NCBI GenBank assembly: GCA_038063875.1
Contig: JBBTUH010000002.1
Span: forward strand, 12,530-76,529
Direction of reading: 5' to 3'
Length of the DNA: 64,000 nucleotides
Origin: Patescibacteria group bacterium
Lineage (GTDB): Bacteria; Patescibacteriota; Microgenomatia; UBA10105; UBA927
Part shown: piece by piece, positions 61,702-64,000 of the stretch
How positions within the stretch are numbered: the first letter of the stretch is position 1
Layout of the letters: each line of letters opens with the position of its first letter
Program-made: the position numbers and the translations under genes
The notes under the pieces: model-generated
Seen by the model: only the letters and a program-made list of their open reading frames with translations
What the model was told of the DNA's origin: nothing
Database searches by the model: none

Positions 61702-62570
61702 TTTTTTTGTAGGATACTTACCACATTACTTGCTCCATATGGGATATGTGAAAAATACGCATCAATTTTTTCTCCCCACGCATCCCATCGCGAGTTTTTT
61801 GTGAGTATGCGAAAAAATAAACAAGCAACTTTTCCGAGACTTCCTGTATAGTACGTATGCAATTCCGTAAATTTTGCAAATCTTTTTACGATTATTTCTC
61901 TGGTATACCTTCGTAGATGACCAATCCGTCTATCATGAAGCATATTTACCGGCCAAAGAAACGGCCAAACATAGTGTAATTGGATTGGCATAGCCATCAT
62001 AAGTACGGCGTTTTTTTTGAGCACTCGGCCAATCTCTTTAATTGCTTTTTTTTCACGCGGGAGATGTTCAAGTATAGCGTTTGCCACCATCCCATCGGCG
62101 ACACCAATCTTTATTGGTAGATCCTCTGAACTAGCACACACAAGTAATATTTTCTTTTGTAATTTTAGTTTTTCAACTGTCTGTCTTAGCTTCATAAGTT
62201 CTACAAACGTCAAATCCATTGCAATTATACTAAACCCACGTTTCGCAAGCTCTATCGCCATATATCCACTGCCTGTCGCATTATCTATGATAAGCCCCTT
62301 CGTGCGAGGTGAAGAAGAAATAAAGTTGTCTATATATCTTTTTTGCCATGGCTCTAACACGTAGGAAATTCTCGCCTGATCTTCTTTTTCAAAATACTGC
62401 ACTTGCTGTTGTAAATGTGAAGGCAACGAAGTTAAATCAATAAGAATTGGTATTCCGTTTGAGATGGCATAGTCTTTCTTACATTTCCTGCAAAAAAGGC
62501 TTTTTACCTTAGAGACGAGTGATTTTTTACAATGAGGGCAACAAAGATAATGTAGAAGTGGATGATTCAT
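61698..62570 (-). CDS. Methyltransferase with N-terminal Trm112-like Zn module
   Basis: CPHCK...CRKC..Y.I.NGIPIL, then IDNATGSG, ILEHLP, GHLRRY. Confidence 0.85.
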   Translation of the reverse strand: MNHPLLHYLCCPHCKKSLVSKVKSLFCRKCKKDYAISNGIPILIDLTSLPSHLQQQVQYFEKEDQARISYVLEPWQKRYIDNFISSSPRTKGLIIDNATGSGYMAIELAKRGFSIIAMDLTFVELMKLRQTVEKLKLQKKILLVCASSEDLPIKIGVADGMVANAILEHLPREKKAIKEIGRVLKKNAVLMMAMPIQLHYVWPFLWPVNMLHDRRIGHLRRYTREIIVKRFAKFTELHTYYTGSLGKVACLFFRILTKNSRWDAWGEKIDAYFSHIPYGASNVVSILQKK

Positions 62571-63727
62571 ACAGATTGAAACGCTTTCTCAAATATCATA
62601 TCCCAACGAAATTTATGTGCTTCTTTTATTGTTTTCTGCTTCATCTCATTTAATACATTCGCGTGGGTAAATAAACGAATAATTGCAGAGGAAATAGCAT
62701 GTGCTTCATATGGTATCACAACTGCCACTCCAGACCGCATAAGCTCTAGTGCGTTGTATGAAACATCGGTCATAAGAAGCGGCACACCGCATGATAGATA
62801 CGTCTTTATTTTCGTAGGATCGGCGTAGTAGCTAAAATTCGTTGTGTCCTTTCCACTTGGTTCATACGTAGCAAGGGCTAAATCAGACTTCATAATATGC
62901 TTCTGTATTACTTTTTGATTAGACTCCCAACCTAAAAATGCTACGTGTTTTGTAAGCGATAAATCATGGACAAGAGTTCGAAGCGTTTGTTCGTACTCCC
63001 CGCCACCAACAATAGCCAATGAAATGCGCGGCAGCTTTTTAATTACCTTGGGCAACGCGCGAATAATCTCTTGCACGCCTTGTTTTTGCAGTAAATGTCC
63101 TACGAAAATAAGTCTGTACTCATTTTTGGCTTTTATTTTTTTTATAATATCCTTTTCCCAAACTCCTATTGGTACGACTATTTGTTTGCCCTTCGTAGTC
63201 TTGAGTCCTAAAAACTTCTTTCGACCATCTTCTATACGTGGTGAGACATTCCAACATATATCAGAGAATCTCACTGCGAAACGCTCCATACCATGGTAGA
63301 TAAAATTGACCAACGAATTCTTGCTTCGTTTCGGAATAAAATCGATTGCATAAAATACAACGCGCTCAACAATTCCCATAGCTCTAAGAATTATACCCAC
63401 ACACGTGTTTAAGGGATTAACGCCTATATAAAGGTATGACCCTCTTGGTAATTTCATACACACAATAACTGTCGCAAGTGCGTCTCGAAAAAATGCCAGT
63501 ATTGTTCCAGCAAATTTTCTTTGCGCCGTGTATTCAACCGATTGTTTTCCTCCATTAAAACGTTTGATAGCATACGAAGAATTTTCAGAAAGCAACGGAT
63601 GGCCTATATAGACAAGCGTCTGTATTTTTTGTGATATAAGATAATCACGAAGCGCTTCTGAAGCACCGTAAAAAAAGGTATGTGTGACGATGATGATCCT
63701 CTGAGGAATATTCAAGCGACTTTGCAT
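62567..63727 (-). CDS. GT4-like glycosyltransferase
   Basis: VFYAIDFIPKR, FVGHLLQKQG, YADPTKIKTYLSCGVP. Confidence 0.85.
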   Translation of the reverse strand: MQSRLNIPQRIIIVTHTFFYGASEALRDYLISQKIQTLVYIGHPLLSENSSYAIKRFNGGKQSVEYTAQRKFAGTILAFFRDALATVIVCMKLPRGSYLYIGVNPLNTCVGIILRAMGIVERVVFYAIDFIPKRSKNSLVNFIYHGMERFAVRFSDICWNVSPRIEDGRKKFLGLKTTKGKQIVVPIGVWEKDIIKKIKAKNEYRLIFVGHLLQKQGVQEIIRALPKVIKKLPRISLAIVGGGEYEQTLRTLVHDLSLTKHVAFLGWESNQKVIQKHIMKSDLALATYEPSGKDTTNFSYYADPTKIKTYLSCGVPLLMTDVSYNALELMRSGVAVVIPYEAHAISSAIIRLFTHANVLNEMKQKTIKEAHKFRWDMIFEKAFQSV

Positions 63728-64000
63728 ATATCTTCTAAAATACGGTCGCCGTCATAGGTATACTGCCAATTCGGATAGTGTGATTGAAACTTGGATACAT
63801 CAGAAATATACCAAATATGGTCGCCAATTCGTGGAGCATCCACATGCGTAATTTTTGCCTTTTTGCCTACAATTGCCTCTATCTTAGCCACTGCCTCTAG
63901 AATAGAAATGTTGGAATGCCGTGATCCGCCAATATTATATACTTCTCCTACACGTGGCTTTTTATACACCTCATAAAATGCTGAAATCAAATCATGTGAG
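63712..64000 (-). CDS. C-terminal part of an NAD-dependent epimerase (CDP-paratose 2-epimerase-like), cut by the window edge
   Basis: GEVYNIGGSRHSNISILEA...RIGDHIWYISD..KF..HYP.W. Confidence 0.75.
   Translation of the reverse strand, partial: SHDLISAFYEVYKKPRVGEVYNIGGSRHSNISILEAVAKIEAIVGKKAKITHVDAPRIGDHIWYISDVSKFQSHYPNWQYTYDGDRILEDICKVA

Noticed and set aside
300-63976. Numerous 60-185 aa ORFs antisense to or nested in real genes (e.g. 38696..39253 +, 20898..21365 +, 26618..27067 +)
   Set aside because: They are shadow ORFs of well-supported genes and have no recognisable motifs.
1-64000. CRISPR array, tRNA, rRNA, integrase or transposase
   Set aside because: I saw no regularly spaced repeats, RNA gene signatures or recombinase motifs, and the intergenic gaps are mostly very short.
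1-64000. Alternative genetic code (TGA=Gly, as in Gracilibacteria/Absconditabacteria)
   Set aside because: Conserved genes are full length in code 11, and several end in TGA at the expected position (e.g. murA, mraZ, recO).

Overview
A bacterial chromosome window with almost all genes on the minus strand. Gene style points to a Patescibacteria/CPR genome, probably Microgenomates (inferred from the short MurE, homodimeric GlyRS, DUF4012 protein and leaderless promoters). 1-10.4 kb: a reduced dcw cluster (mraZ, rsmH, ftsL-like, ftsI, murE, pgeF, murC, murB, murA, glmU-like) with MraZ operator repeats. 10.4-11.5 kb: three tandem paralogous small genes of unknown function, one missed by the ORF track. 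11.5-16 kb: glyS, recO and a DUF4012 protein. 16-64 kb: a very large surface-glycan locus that runs off the window. It holds many GT2/GT4 enzymes, five GT-C-like membrane proteins, and a CDP-3,6-dideoxyhexose pathway with a YerE-like ThDP enzyme (probably a branched-chain sugar). At 31.6-39.4 kb the locus is interrupted by an accessory block with two type IV (AbiE-like) toxin-antitoxin pairs, a probable decayed antitoxin relic and a doubly frameshifted HD-like gene. I found no rRNA, tRNA, CRISPR array, integrase or transposase.
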